Positions 39,301 through 48,740 of a stretch of DNA of 64,000 bases are shown here, in pieces; the first letter of the stretch is position 1, and every line of letters begins with the position of its first letter. A program made the position numbers and the translations under genes. The DNA lies in NCBI GenBank assembly GCA_964106915.2, contig OZ066916.1; one strand, 5' to 3'. The notes under the pieces are model-generated. The model was given only the letters and a program-made list of their open reading frames with translations, did no database searches and was not told where the DNA came from. The DNA comes from Podarcis gaigeae (Eukaryota).

Positions 39301-42300
39301 TTAACCCGAGGTACCACTGTACAATCAGACACACTGAATGATGTTATGACTTCAAATCAGTAACCTCTGGGGATTAGCTGAATGCTTTGGCGCTATCAAC
39401 AGGCATTTTTTTAAGTACATATATAGAATGACAAGGCATGTAACACAAGAACATAAATCTTTCTTTTCACTCCTCCCCCTCCTCCCCCCCTCTCTCTCAC
39501 ACACAAAAATTCTCAATACCGTAGCTTTCCATTTGCATATCAATCCTTACTCAGGTTTGAAGTCTATATTCATATCTCCTGCCATTTGATGATAAGGACA
39601 GAAATGCAAGAAATAATCTATCAGGAAATCTCCTTAGTCTGCCAGAAATCACTTCATTAAAAGCAGCAATCCCTGTCAGTCCCACAAAGTGTTGTATAGG
39701 AAACCAAATCTTATTAATCACACTTCTTTCAACATTGCTTCTTCAAATACTTTTACTGCAGGGTCATGTATCAAAGGTTAAATAAGCGCAAAACTCAAAC
39801 TCCTCCCCTGCACATAGAGGCCAGATTTATGATTTGCCTTGCTAACAGGTATTCCTTCAGTAGCTAAAGAATTTATAACTCCAATACAGTATTTATGGCA
39901 AGTGCCAATGCAAACAAGTGAAAACAATTTTGCCTCTACTCACTGACTTTTGTAAATAATGGTAATTGTTCAAATATTTGCTTTTTGACAGAAAAAGTTG
40001 TTTTTACAATGAAGATTTCAGGTATCAGAAAGGCATTAAAGATCCTGAATTTGCACTTGAGTGTACTTCCATGTTCCTTAAAGGAAAACTCAAAATTAAA
40101 AAGTGTCACTCAAAACTAAAGCAAATGTTCCACTCTGCACTAAAATAAACAAACTCGGTGAAGATATTTAAATATTTTGATTGTCTTCCAAATAAATACA
40201 AGCCCAACAAAAAGTCTGACCACCTATTACTGAGCTTACAATGCTCAAGGTTTAAGAACTGAAGCATCCCAAGATGTCAAAGGTGTCAATAGTTGGACAA
40301 AGCCATCACCTACTTCCAAATCTGTCTGAAAATTCTCATTTCCGCTACACTTTTCTACCAATGCATTCATAAAAGGATATATGGAGGAACCCATCTGCCA
40401 CAGGACACATGCTCCAATATTGAATTGCAATGATGTGTGGATTCCTACACTAATTGGTTATGAAGCATCAAGCATGCAATCTTTACCCTCTTCTTGTAAA
40501 CCTAAGAGAAGACTTTGCTGGATCAGACTAAAGTCCTATCTAATCCAGCATCCTGTACGCTCAGTGGTCAACTAGACGCTTCTGGGGAACCCGACTGCAA
40601 CAGCATTCTTTTCCCTTGTGATTTCCATAAACTGATAGTCGAACACATACTGCCTCAACTGGAGGCAGTACACAGCCATAATGGCCAATAGCCTTATTGT
40701 CAATGAATCTGCCTAATCCCCTTTTAATGCCATCCACATTAGCAGCCATCACAAATTCCAAAACTTTAATTATGTGCTGTGTACCACTCCCTTTTTTCCA
40801 TCCTGAAACTTCCAATATTCAGCTTCAACAGAATGTCTCGTTTCTAGAATTATGAGCAAGAAAATCTTCTCTCTATCCACTTGCCACACACCACATACAA
40901 TTTTCTAAACTAAAAGGCTGAAATGTTGCAACCTTTTGTCGTGGTGGAGTTGCTCCAGCCCCTTGATCATTTTGGTTACTCTTTTCAGAACCTTTTCCAA
41001 CTCTACAATATCCTTTTGGGAGATGAGGTAACCAGAATTTAACACATATTTACTTTTGGCTTTTGAAGGTGAAATCTTTGTTTTAGACCAACAGGGGCAG
41101 AAACCTTTACACAAAATGCATTTTGAGGTCACATATATTGGAGAGTGCACTGATGAAGCCAGGATCTTGCTCTTACCAGCAGCTCTCAAATTTCAGCAGA
41201 ACCCTGTGTGATGCTAAAATTTAGCGCTCCCTTACTTATCAAGCTCCTTTCTACATCACTGTTGTGGGTCCCAATGGCACTGGTACCCAGTCCTGCCAAA
41301 CCAGTCACACTACCCTAAAACCACCTTTGCTCTTACACAAGTTCAGCATACACACTTTTAAGAACATGGAGCACAGGGCTTATATCAGGTTCCATACAAT
41401 CTTTCACCTGTGGTGTAAATCAACCTCACCTAATGCATTTTGCGTAAATCATTAAAATTTGAAGTGAAGGAAGAGGCTATAATTTTTATTTTTTAAAAAA
41501 TTATAGCCTCTTCCTCCACTTCATATTTTATGAACATGTGTTTATTTATCTGTGGGATCTGTCGGACAGATGCTTGTAACAAAATCCACCTTATTTCCTG
41601 TAGATGAGAAAGCCATTGTTAATTTAAAAGGAAACAGGAAAACTTGAATCTGAACAATGCCTTAAAAGGAAAAAAAATCAAATACATTTATTTTTGAGTA
41701 ACAATGCCAAGGTGTGTTTATGATAAAACCAGTTGTGTGCCGTTACACAACAGATTTATTACACCAAACAATTGTGGTTTTTTTCAGTAGTTGGGAACAA
41801 TGTATTTTAAGATGATGCATCAACAGCTGGGCAGAAATAATTCTGGATACAGTGGAAGTAAAAGACTTATCTAGCTGACATTATTTTTCTGCTACAAAAT
41901 TGGAGGGTAGGAGTGGTATAAAACCAACTGAAATCTAAGTTCAGGTTTGGAGAACACTGGCAATTCAGAGCTGAACACCAGGCTACACTGGAAATGCTCT
42001 CTGACACCAGGCTCCATCTTACAATACGCTCATGTTCAAAAGCACAGCCAGGTATAAGATAAGAAATTTTGGTATCTACAACTGATTATAGCAGGAGGCT
42101 GCAAACTGTTGGCAAATCTAGGTAGAGAAAGCATTAGCTGATCAGTTGGTGAGTGAGTAAAAAACATAGTGCACATGTTAAAAATACACCAACAACCTGA
42201 GGGAAAATTTACAAATTGTCAATGAGAGAAGACTGTCCAGAAGTTTGAACAGGCACAAGAAAATGTTCCATCAAGGATTCAGTAGCTTGGTGATCATTCA

Positions 42301-45300
42301 AATGCCAACAGTTCAGAAATTCAGCCCTTCATTTTCATAGCATCTGTCTCTGTGTTAAGAAAGGCTAGACAGCAGTTTTAGTCCATGCCATTATCCTATT
42401 GGGTCCAGCTTCTATTGTTAAAAGGTTGCTTAGCATAATTTGGCTATCAAATGAACAGAGTTCAAGCACGCAAGGCCAACAGGTTACTCATTGTATCTCC
42501 ACACACACTGTCCCTTCTCATGCAGCATTACAAGAGTGCAATACTATGCACATCTCAGATACAAGTCCTGCAGAGATCAAGGGGGATTACTCTTAAATAA
42601 GTTTCCAGGCCCAACTAAACATGCTCACATTAGTGTTTAACCCCTAAACGATGTAGGTCCCAAATATCTGAAGGACTGCCTCCTACCCTATAGACTCTCT
42701 GAGGTGTTAAGGTGGCAGTTTAACCACCCCTGGAAGCACAGAGCACTGCATTCTTTGTGGCAGCTTCCAAAATGCAGAAATCCATTCCAATGGAGGTGCA
42801 TCAATATTAATCTTCATAGTTTATGTCAGTTGCTGAAGTCACAACTCTTTACCCTAGACCTTTGATAGTTAAGGTATTTTGTTTTTTGTGACCCACCTCT
42901 ATTGTCTGATGCACATTCTTTGGTTTGTTTTCAGTTGCTTTATTGGATTTTAATGTTATGTGATTATATGGTTGTAATGCACTCTGAGACCTTATGCTGA
43001 AAAGTGGGTAGGAAATCTTTTATAAATAAATGGGAACAGGCTTGCGGCATAATAGTTTCTTAGCATCATTAAATATTGCACTAGCCATTGGCCTTGACAT
43101 TATTGAGACAAACTTTCCGCATAAAATTTCTATTAGAAAAGGCTACCATAAAACCTTTCATACTAAATCTATTCATCTCAAAAATACTATTAAAATGTTT
43201 CCCCTCAGAACAGATCCTAAGAGGTCTGTTATCTAAGATCATAAGAGGTCAATTATATCATATCCTCTAGTTCTTTCTGTTTATTCTGCCTGAATTTTCC
43301 TTGAAGGTAAAAAAGGGATGGTGAACGTTTTTCAGCCCAAGGCCACGTTCCTTGGTGCTAGTGGTGGGGGCCAGACAGCACAAGAAGGTTGACAAGAAGT
43401 CTAGTCTTGGGCACAAAAAGAGAGAGAGCATCCAAACAGAAATAACAGAGAGGCAGCTGGAGATGTGAGACCCGAGTTCTGGAGAAGCAGTTCTGGGGTA
43501 GAGGAAGCTGGGCATTATCTGCATTTAGGTGACACTGTAAGGCGTGGGATTTGATGAGGTCATCCATGGACAACATGGAAAGAGCATAGAACCAACAACA
43601 GATCCTTTAAGGACCCCAACAGAGACTAGAAAAGCCAATGTAGCATTTTCATATATGAATAGGTAGGAAAAAATGCTTCTCCTGGCCCACCACAATAATC
43701 CTCTGCCTAGTTGTGCTCCACAAACTTTTGCCTCCCCTATGCAAGAGACATGTTTAGTCATAAATAAGTCCCCTGACTACAGATAATCACATGCATCACA
43801 TGTACTTTTGTCCTGGGAATAAAACCATGACAAACCATCATTTGTCAGAGCACACATAGCTCTTACAAATCCAGCTGCACAACAAAAGGGCAGCTCGTAT
43901 CATAATGTACCAATATAACCATTACTTCAGAATAATCACATGGAATTCCAAAGCATTTCAGAACCATCAGCTATCATTCTTTTTATCCTAAAAGGACATA
44001 TACAACAGTATAGCAGCAAAAAACATTTCTTTACAAGTGAAGATGTGATTCTATACATATTGCATTGCTACTTTATCAATGAGCAACACTTGTTGGCACA
44101 TTTTTAATCTCATCGCTTTACTGCAGGTCTAAGTATCACTGTAACCTCTGACATATCAGATAAGACACATGATTCAGTCTCACCAAATCTGTTTCACTTC
44201 TTCTCCTGGAGACCAAGTAGCTGACACTATCTCACATGGCAATGTGAAACAGCCATACCAAACGAAACGTGGCAGCAAGAGATCTATGATTGGAACTCCC
44301 AATGGGTTTTTTTTTAATTTTTAGGGCAAATACAAGGGTAGAGGGGGGTACCAGATGAAAAGGGATAACCCTGTGTCATTTTCCCACTCCAAATCTCTTC
44401 CTGGAGGTGCCATTCCCAAATAGGGAAAAACATACAACTCTGATCTCAGATTGCACTTTTCCAGAGTATCTGCAGAACTCTATTACACTGCAGTACACAG
44501 CTGTTTTTCCTATATTGGAATTCTAATTGGACGACACTTAAGTTTACAGTTGCTAGCGTAACGGATTCCATACACACAAGCCCCGTTTTCATTTTCCATT
44601 GCTCAAGTTTTATGAATGGGATTAGAACCTGATTAACCATGTTAAAGCAACAGAAAACCCAGCTGGGCTTCTGGGGGGGGGGGAACGACCATGAAACCCT
44701 TACATCTTGCTTCGCACAATAAATCCCATGCAAATTATCAAAAAAAGTGTATGCTAAGTATTCAAACAGCCTAACAACATTTCTTCATGTCACATCAAAA
44801 TAACCTCATGTTGCATCTGGACATAACTTTGGGCTCGTGAGGAAAGCGATGTAAAACTAAGCGCTCAAATGCTTCCTTGGAATGAAGCCTTATTAAGCAC
44901 ATCTGGTGTGGGGGAGGATTAGAAAAAGCAGCCGCTGAAGAGGAAGTGACTTCCTTCCCATCGCAGAGAAGGAGTGCTTAGTGACAATGTAACAATGCTG
45001 GCAGGCTCATGGGATTCAGATGCTCAACTCCAAATTTCAATTTAGCAACACAGGCGCTGATCTCATCAAGATTATTTGCGGCGACAGCTGTAGCAATAGC
45101 TGGTCACTATATCTGCAGAGACAGGGACTCCACCACTATAAGTTTCTTCTCAAGAGGCATGGATGCAACATGAAACACAAAAGCACCTGAAGGGGCCTCA
45201 TTTGAATGTCCACCAGATCCTGCCGTGATCCATCTTAAAACATACAGGTTGCAGGTGTTGGTGGCTTGATTACCACCAGCAGGCTGGTCTCCCCCCTCCC

Positions 45301-46458
45301 CCGGTGTTGTTGTTTTTTAACAACTAGCCTGATTATGTAAAGGTAAAGGTAAAGATACCCATGACCATTAGGTCCATTTGTGACCAACTCTGGGGTTGTG
45401 CACTCATCTCGCTCTATATGCCGAGGGAGCCGGCGTACAGCTTCCAGGTCATGTGGCCAGCATGACTAAGCTGCTTCTGCCGAACCAGAGCAGCGCACGG
45501 AAACGCCGTTTACCTTCCCGCCGGAGCGGTACCTATTTCTCTACTTGCACTTTGACGTGCTTTCGAACTGCTAGGTTGGCAGGAGCAGGGACCGAGCAAT
45601 GGGAGCTCACCCCGTCGTAGGGATTTGAACTGCCGACCTTCTGATTGGCAAGCCCAAGGCTCTGTGGTTTAACCCACAGCGCACCCCTGTCCTGATCAAG
45701 GGGGATTCAAAAGCTGGCACACTGCTTTGTGACTTTTTGGTTGTTGCCTTAATAAATCTGGGTTTATTTATTTACAGGCCAACAACATGCAAGGAGTACA
45801 GGCAAAAGTGAATGGAGCCTGCTGGATCAGGCCAAAGGCCTATCTGGTCCAGCACTCTGGTCTCACAGTGGCCAAGCAGATGCCTATGGGAAGACCCAAA
45901 GCAGGCTCTGAGAACAACACTCTTCCCACCTGTGATTCCCGGCACCTAGTATTCAGACGCATACTGGCTCCAACAGTGGAAGCAGAACATAGCCATTGTG
46001 GTTAGCAGCCGCTGAGAACCTTATTCTCCATGAATTTGTCTAAATCTCTTGTAAAGCCATTTAAGCCAGGTGAAAAAGTACTTCCTTGTATCTGTCATGC
46101 AACTTCCAACATTCAGCTTCTTTGCACTGCCCCAGGTTCTAGTACTGAGAGGGCGGGAGAAAAACATTTCTCTGTACACTTTATCACTGTACATGTATAA
46201 TTCTGTATTACTCTATCATAACCCCTCCCCCTACTTGCCTTTTCTCTAAACTAAAAAGTAGTAACTTTTCCTCATAGGGCAGTTCTTCCAATCCATTAAT
46301 CATTTTGGTTGTTCTTTTACACACCTTTTCCAGCTCTAATATCCTTTTTGAGGTGAGGTGACCAGACATGTACACAGGATTCCAAGTACAGTCACACCAT
46401 TTATTTGTATTAATACCATTGCCATTCTAGCCACACACAAGTCAGGCATTTCTACACA

Positions 46459-46511
<53 letters not shown>

Positions 46512-48119
46512 AATGACTCTAGGAAGAGGTATTAGATCAGTTTGAAGACACATTCTAGGGAGGCAGAAGGAATTGAGTAGAGTGCAGAGGAGTACCAGTG
46601 AGGAATGTAGCCTGAGGCAGGTCACGGCCCAGGAAGAGTCCTGAGGGTCAGACAAATAGGCCCTCTTCAGTCCCCCTACCCTGGAATAAGAATCATTATT
46701 ACAAAACTAAAACCTGATATTGTAAGAAAACCCGCTTTCCTTGAAACACACACCTATATCAGGACACAGTGAACAGAGGTTGAATATGCCCCAATCCTGT
46801 TGAAATTGTTCTACTTCACACTTGTCTTTCCTCCCAAACCCCACATAGGTGCCTTCAGGAGCAAAAGACTCCACTCCAAGAGTATTCATTCTATTTTCAA
46901 GCAAGCTTTCTTGTCTGTGATGGCCTCTAGTTTATGGCCTCTTGTCTGTGATGGCCTCTAGTATTTTGACACAGACCTCAGAGTAATAAAAATGTATCGA
47001 GCTCATTGGAGGGAAATGATGGTGATGGGGAACCAAAGTGCTGCTCATTGCAGGAAATACTGTTTGCACCACGGCAAGCAATGGGAAAGGGGATATTTGT
47101 ACTTGTAAAATAGCCTAATAATTTACTCTTGCTATTCTTACAAATAATTATTGAAAGCGGTTTAAATGTGTGTGTTCTTCCTTTTAACAATACAAAATGC
47201 TGTTTCTTTTTTCCATAGGCAGTCCCAAAAGAGAACTAACAGAAAGCTAGTGCCTCCCTCTGCCATAAGGTAGCTCAGCTTTTCCCCCACCAACACCTTC
47301 CATTCATTGTTGGATCCTTGTAGTTACATGGAAGGAAAATCCCTTTTCACACATAATTTTTTATAACTACATTTATAAGAAAAATTCAAAAAAGACTAAT
47401 TCTAGGTAAACCTCTTAGATAATGTTTCATCAAGTAGCATACTAATCATGCTAAATAAGAAATAAATAATGCCTACATCGAAGTAAACTCAAAATTGGCA
47501 GGACACATTTAGAGGAAAACATGCTTAGGATCGGAGTGTAAGGGCAAGACGATGTTATTTCTCCTCCAGAAATCGAACGTGCAGGTGCCGCTGGCTGAAT
47601 TTCAGAACTTTTGCTTTGGATGCGCTACCCTCCACTATTTAGTACACTATCTTATTCCTCCTCTCGCAGACACACAAAATTTATACGCCGCTTGCTCGTT
47701 CAGAACAAAGCAAAACAAGCCCTCCAAGCGGTTTACAAACCGCAGCCGGCATTAGCCTTCGCTTTCCACCTGTTGCACGCTCGGCAGCCGCGCCCCAGGG
47801 TGGTGGAGCTGCTGGCATTCCTCCTGACCGTCCTTTAAACTTTGGTCACATGGCCTGACGCAGCCCTTCGAGAGAGGCAGCCTTTTGTACCTGGCTCCAG
47901 CCACCCTGCCTACGTCAACAGGTAAGCAGGCAGGCAGGCAGCCCTCCCTTGTCCTCCTCCACGAGAACCACCCGCGCAGTTGCCGCGGGCGCCCCTTCCT
48001 TACCTTACGGGGGACGCGCCCGCCGCCTCCTTGGCGCTGCTTCCCGGCGCCTCGGCATCGGCGCTGCTGGGGTGATAGGCTGTGAGCACCACCCCCTGGG
48101 AAGCAGACCAGCGGCTCAT
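5243..48119 (-). CDS. ARHGAP18: ARHGAP18, complete multi-exon CDS (15 coding exons, 2007 nt, 668 aa): join of 48004-48119, 32295-32494, 29972-30207, 25284-25347, 22719-22879, 21701-21866, 17462-17553, 17163-17240, 14325-14484, 12937-13019, 11151-11357, 10411-10575, 6852-6976, 6302-6363, 5243-5334
   Basis: Hand-spliced exons translate without stops. Motifs match vertebrate ARHGAP18 as recalled: SQGVVLTAYHPS, SQDSLDELSMDDYW, EGELEEEWLKEAGL, GLLRIPG, ERCLDDDTYMKDL. All introns GT-AG with matching phases. Confidence 0.96.
6302..6363 (-). CDS. ARHGAP18: ARHGAP18 exon 14 (62 nt): GTVQSLKKEEVFLYEVGGNI
   Basis: Acceptor ttgtag|T, donor G|gtaagg. Confidence 0.95.
6767..6806. repeat. (GAA)(GAG)n microsatellite
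   Basis: Directly visible. Confidence 0.95.
6852..6976 (-). CDS. ARHGAP18: ARHGAP18 exon 13 (125 nt): ADVPQGVIRVQAPHLSKVSMAIQLTEELKACDVVARFLSQK
   Basis: Acceptor ctgcag|, donor AG|gtacaa; lies within ORF 6758..7087. Confidence 0.96.
8390..8525. mobile_element. Palindromic hAT-like MITE, ~136 bp, almost fully self-complementary
   Basis: cagcgttggccaaagttgggtctccagctg ... cagctggagacccaagtttggccaacactg. Decayed relatives near 3330-3440, 11720-11810, 27030-27150 and 28340-28470. Confidence 0.8.
10411..10575 (-). CDS. ARHGAP18: ARHGAP18 exon 12 (165 nt; 147 nt if the inner donor at 10428 is used): IPTFLVNQVRKQNTE...DKNVNDVKSVNE
   Basis: Acceptor cttag|, donor GAG|gtaagc; alternative in-frame donor GAT|gtaaaa. 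Confidence 0.9.
11151..11357 (-). CDS. ARHGAP18: ARHGAP18 exon 11 (207 nt): ALLEFLQRVIDHRDKNKMTLKNVAMVMAPNIF...QNLLWT
   Basis: Acceptor tttcag|, donor ACT|gtaagt; NKM..NVAMVMAPN RhoGAP motif. Confidence 0.96.
11612..11677. repeat. (ATA)n(AAAT)n microsatellite
   Basis: Directly visible. Confidence 0.95.
11985..12770 (-). mobile_element. Decayed CR1-like LINE 3' fragment, interrupted by the Sauria SINE
   Basis: gggctgggaagggaccttgtaggccaactagtc... resembles reversed CR1 3' ends. Confidence 0.5.
12253..12615 (+). mobile_element. Full-length young Sauria SINE (Squam1 type) with 14-bp TSD taccatatcagtcc
   Basis: tRNA-like head (tggcgctgtgggtt, ggttcgaatcc), (accttt)n tail, TSD at 12238-12251 and 12616-12629, CpGs intact. 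Confidence 0.92.
12937..13019 (-). CDS. ARHGAP18: ARHGAP18 exon 10 (83 nt): LPTKKHQLQALNLLVLLLPDGNRDTLK
   Basis: Acceptor gacag|AA, donor AAG|gttaga; manual translation. Confidence 0.95.
14325..14484 (-). CDS. ARHGAP18: ARHGAP18 exon 9 (160 nt): NLCQELEAKFYEG...HDAASLLKLFIRELPQPLL...FQDVQ
   Basis: Acceptor ttctag|, donor A|gtaagc; ASLLKLFIRELPQPLL RhoGAP motif. Confidence 0.96.
14870..15592 (-). mobile_element. 5'-truncated young L2-clade LINE with intact ORF2 C-terminus (14974-15591) and (ATT)n tail
   Basis: ORF contains VHALVISRLDYCNALY, LQLIQNAAARLV and HITPVLRDLHWLPV, typical of the L2 post-RT region. Confidence 0.9.
15676..15894. mobile_element. hAT (Charlie-like) non-autonomous element with 8-bp TSD tcctaagc/tcctaagt
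   Basis: CAG...CTG ends, imperfect TIR caggcaggtccaaag / tttagacaccactg, internal ggccc motifs. Confidence 0.7.
16365..16726 (-). mobile_element. Full-length young Sauria SINE with 13-bp TSD aaagacttgttta
   Basis: Reverse complement is nearly identical to 12253-12615; TSD at 16352-16364 and 16729-16741. Confidence 0.92.
17163..17240 (-). CDS. ARHGAP18: ARHGAP18 exon 8 (78 nt): LISHIEEGKLDTEGLLRIPGVAARVK, containing the arginine finger
   Basis: Acceptor ttgcag|, donor AAG|gtaaac; EGLLRIPG catalytic motif. Confidence 0.95.
17462..17553 (-). CDS. ARHGAP18: ARHGAP18 exon 7 (92 nt): SGLFGVPLSVLLEQDQKRVPGIRIPLIFQK, start of the RhoGAP domain
   Basis: Acceptor tgcag|AA, donor AAA|gtgagt; FGVPL RhoGAP start motif. 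Confidence 0.95.
18755..19197 (-). mobile_element. Older tRNA-derived SINE (Squam3-like) interrupted by a Tigger-like MITE
   Basis: ggattgaacctgggaccttctgcatgcaag (B-box region) and gagtcagaccattggtccatctagctcag. Relatives near 28620-28800, 37715-37885 and 57080-57200. Confidence 0.65.
18808..19055 (+). mobile_element. Tc1/mariner-Tigger-like MITE (family A) with the left TIR missing
   Basis: Shares the gcttcaggtta repeats and the right end gaggtaccactg-TA with 21299-21538. Confidence 0.8.
21299..21538 (+). mobile_element. Tigger-like MITE (family A) with TA TSD
   Basis: TA-cagtggtacctcgggtta ... taacccaaggtaccactg-TA. Confidence 0.9.
21701..21866 (-). CDS. ARHGAP18: ARHGAP18 exon 6 (166 nt): NFRLPKDKTGTTKIGDLAPQDMKKV...KIKTK
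   Basis: Acceptor cttag|, donor G|gtcagt; manual translation. Confidence 0.95.
22719..22879 (-). CDS. ARHGAP18: ARHGAP18 exon 5 (161 nt): SCQHIDYD...ETDINLEISFSEQA...DDTLLP
   Basis: Acceptor ctag|CA, donor CCT|gtaggg; ETDINLE motif. Confidence 0.9.
25284..25347 (-). CDS. ARHGAP18: ARHGAP18 exon 4 (64 nt): EIDSEHQSVRTKENKEEDTKE
   Basis: Acceptor ttttag|, donor G|gtaaat. Phase 0 to 1 bridges exons 3 and 5, and the peptide resembles mammalian SQSLRTNENK. Confidence 0.87.
25700..26865. mobile_element. Nested non-autonomous Tigger-like transposon (1166 bp) with an internal GC-rich minisatellite
   Basis: TIR cagtggtacctcgcaagac / gtctagcgaggtaccactg, TA TSD, no transposase ORF. Confidence 0.9.
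25890..26465. repeat. ~60-bp GC-rich minisatellite, ~9 units, each an inverted repeat
   Basis: Unit ggagagacctcctcccgccgccaggcttcggaaggctcctccgaaggctggcggtggggc. Confidence 0.92.
29972..30207 (-). CDS. ARHGAP18: ARHGAP18 exon 3 (236 nt): GELEEEWLKEAGLSNLF...QQNESKEK
   Basis: Acceptor gccag|AG, donor AAA|gtgagt; lies within ORF 29903..30286. Confidence 0.96.
32295..32494 (-). CDS. ARHGAP18: ARHGAP18 exon 2 (200 nt): RRSGQYNMNHD...SQDSLDELSMDDYWKELENI...VKEPD
   Basis: Acceptor ttttctag|C, donor G|gtaatt; lies within ORF 32275..32544. Confidence 0.94.
33335..33364. repeat. (GT)n microsatellite
   Basis: Directly visible. Confidence 0.95.
33490..33639. mobile_element. hAT-like MITE with 8-bp TSD gatatagc/aatatagc
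   Basis: Ends cagtgct ... agcactg; near-perfect 8-bp flanking duplication. Confidence 0.75.
34076..35746 (-). mobile_element. Non-coding L1-type retroposon (1671 bp) with CpG-rich head, AATAAA plus poly(A), and 19-bp TSD
   Basis: TSD taaaatacacatg(a/c)gtata at 34057-34075 and 35747-35765; T-run at 34076; 5' start GACTTCCGGG; no long ORF. Confidence 0.85.
36821..37079. mobile_element. Tc1/mariner (Tc2/pogo-like) MITE with TA TSD
   Basis: TA-ccatatttttcactctataagac ... gtcttatagagcaaaaaatacgg-TA. Confidence 0.8.
37987..38447 (+). mobile_element. Truncated Tigger-like element ending in ~6 copies of a 20-bp repeat (ggaagtgtggcactcaaaat)
   Basis: Left TIR cagtggtaccttggtt; no right TIR; tandem repeats at 38330-38447. 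Confidence 0.7.
38901..39319 (+). mobile_element. Tigger-like MITE (family A) with a nested hAT element
   Basis: TA-cagtggtacctcgggtta ... taacccgaggtaccactg-TA. Confidence 0.9.
39057..39225. mobile_element. Nested 169-bp hAT MITE with 17-bp TIR and perfect 8-bp TSD cccattag
   Basis: cagtggcgtagcgtggg / cccacgctatgccactg; TSD at 39049-39056 and 39226-39233. Confidence 0.9.
40500..41045 (-). mobile_element. Decayed CR1 LINE 3' fragment
   Basis: Residual translation KDIVELEKVLKRVTKMIKGLEQL matches the CR1 ORF2 C-terminal motif. Confidence 0.8.
43270..43640 (-). mobile_element. Ancient L2 reverse-transcriptase remnant
   Basis: Degenerate GVLKGSVVGSMLF (GVPQGSVLGP-like) and HLNADNAQL (YADDTQL-like) motifs in adjacent frames. 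Confidence 0.7.
45337..45692 (-). mobile_element. Older, more diverged Sauria SINE
   Basis: gtaaaggtaaagg tail and body similar to 16365-16726 with many substitutions. Confidence 0.85.
45810..46420 (-). mobile_element. Decayed CR1 LINE 3' fragment
   Basis: Similar to 40500-41045 (gcctgctggatcag..., cattttggttgttctttt). A further short piece lies near 62220-62390. Confidence 0.7.
46454..46508. repeat. Compound (AC)n(AG)n microsatellite
   Basis: Directly visible. Confidence 0.95.
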
Positions 48120-48740
48120 GATGCGGGCGAGGGCATCGTTGTTCCTGGACTGAGCGCAGCGCCGGCGAAGTTCCTGCCTCGCCCGGCCGCGGGGCGTATT
48201 AGCTGGCCGCGGGTCCGCCCCCTCGGAGGCGAGGCTGCGCTTCGCACTGGGCGTCGCGAGCGAGGGGAGGACCAGCCTCCGTCCGGACCGCCTCCAATGA
48301 TATCCTCGCAGCCTGGGCCGAGTACCCCGGCCGCCTTTTTTCCAACCGAGTCTTGCTCTCGGGCGACCTTTTCATGAGTCAGCCACATGTTTACGCTCAT
48401 ATATTCTTCGCGCGGAGGGATTTTACGCCGGCCTTTCCCCACCCCAGCCGGGAGCGTCGCTTTGCCTTTTCTTTTTTCTCCCTTTAGTTTCCTCCACCTC
48501 TTCCTTCCCAACTGATTGTGTCTTCTGTGCAACGCTTCTTAACCCCTTGCTCGCAGGTTTCCTTCTCTCAGCGCAGGGATCTCAGGACGCCGTGGCACAA
48601 GCCTATCTATGATTGGCACGCATGGCCATCTCAGCGTTTCCTCGCCGCTTTAGTGGGACGTTTCTTGCTCGCTACATGGAAACCAGGATTGATCCCGCTA
48701 CTGTGCTGAGTCAGGTGCACTCAGCTCGCTGACTTGCTAG
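47690..48740 (-). promoter_or_regulatory. CpG island and promoter of ARHGAP18, with a CCAAT box at 48612-48616 (minus) and GC-rich motifs
   Basis: Abrupt rise in GC and CpG density around exon 1; gattggc at 48611; no obvious TATA box. Confidence 0.85.
48004..48119 (-). CDS. ARHGAP18: ARHGAP18 coding exon 1 (116 nt): MSRWSASQGVVLTAYHPSSADAEAPGSSAKEAAGASPV
   Basis: ATG at 48119 inside the CpG island; SQGVVLTAYHPS motif; donor AG|GTAAGG, phase 2. Confidence 0.93.

Noticed and set aside
47885-48377. Plus-strand ORFs (142 aa and 66 aa) antisense to exon 1
   Set aside because: Expected by chance in a stop-poor CpG island; non-ATG starts and no recognisable homology.
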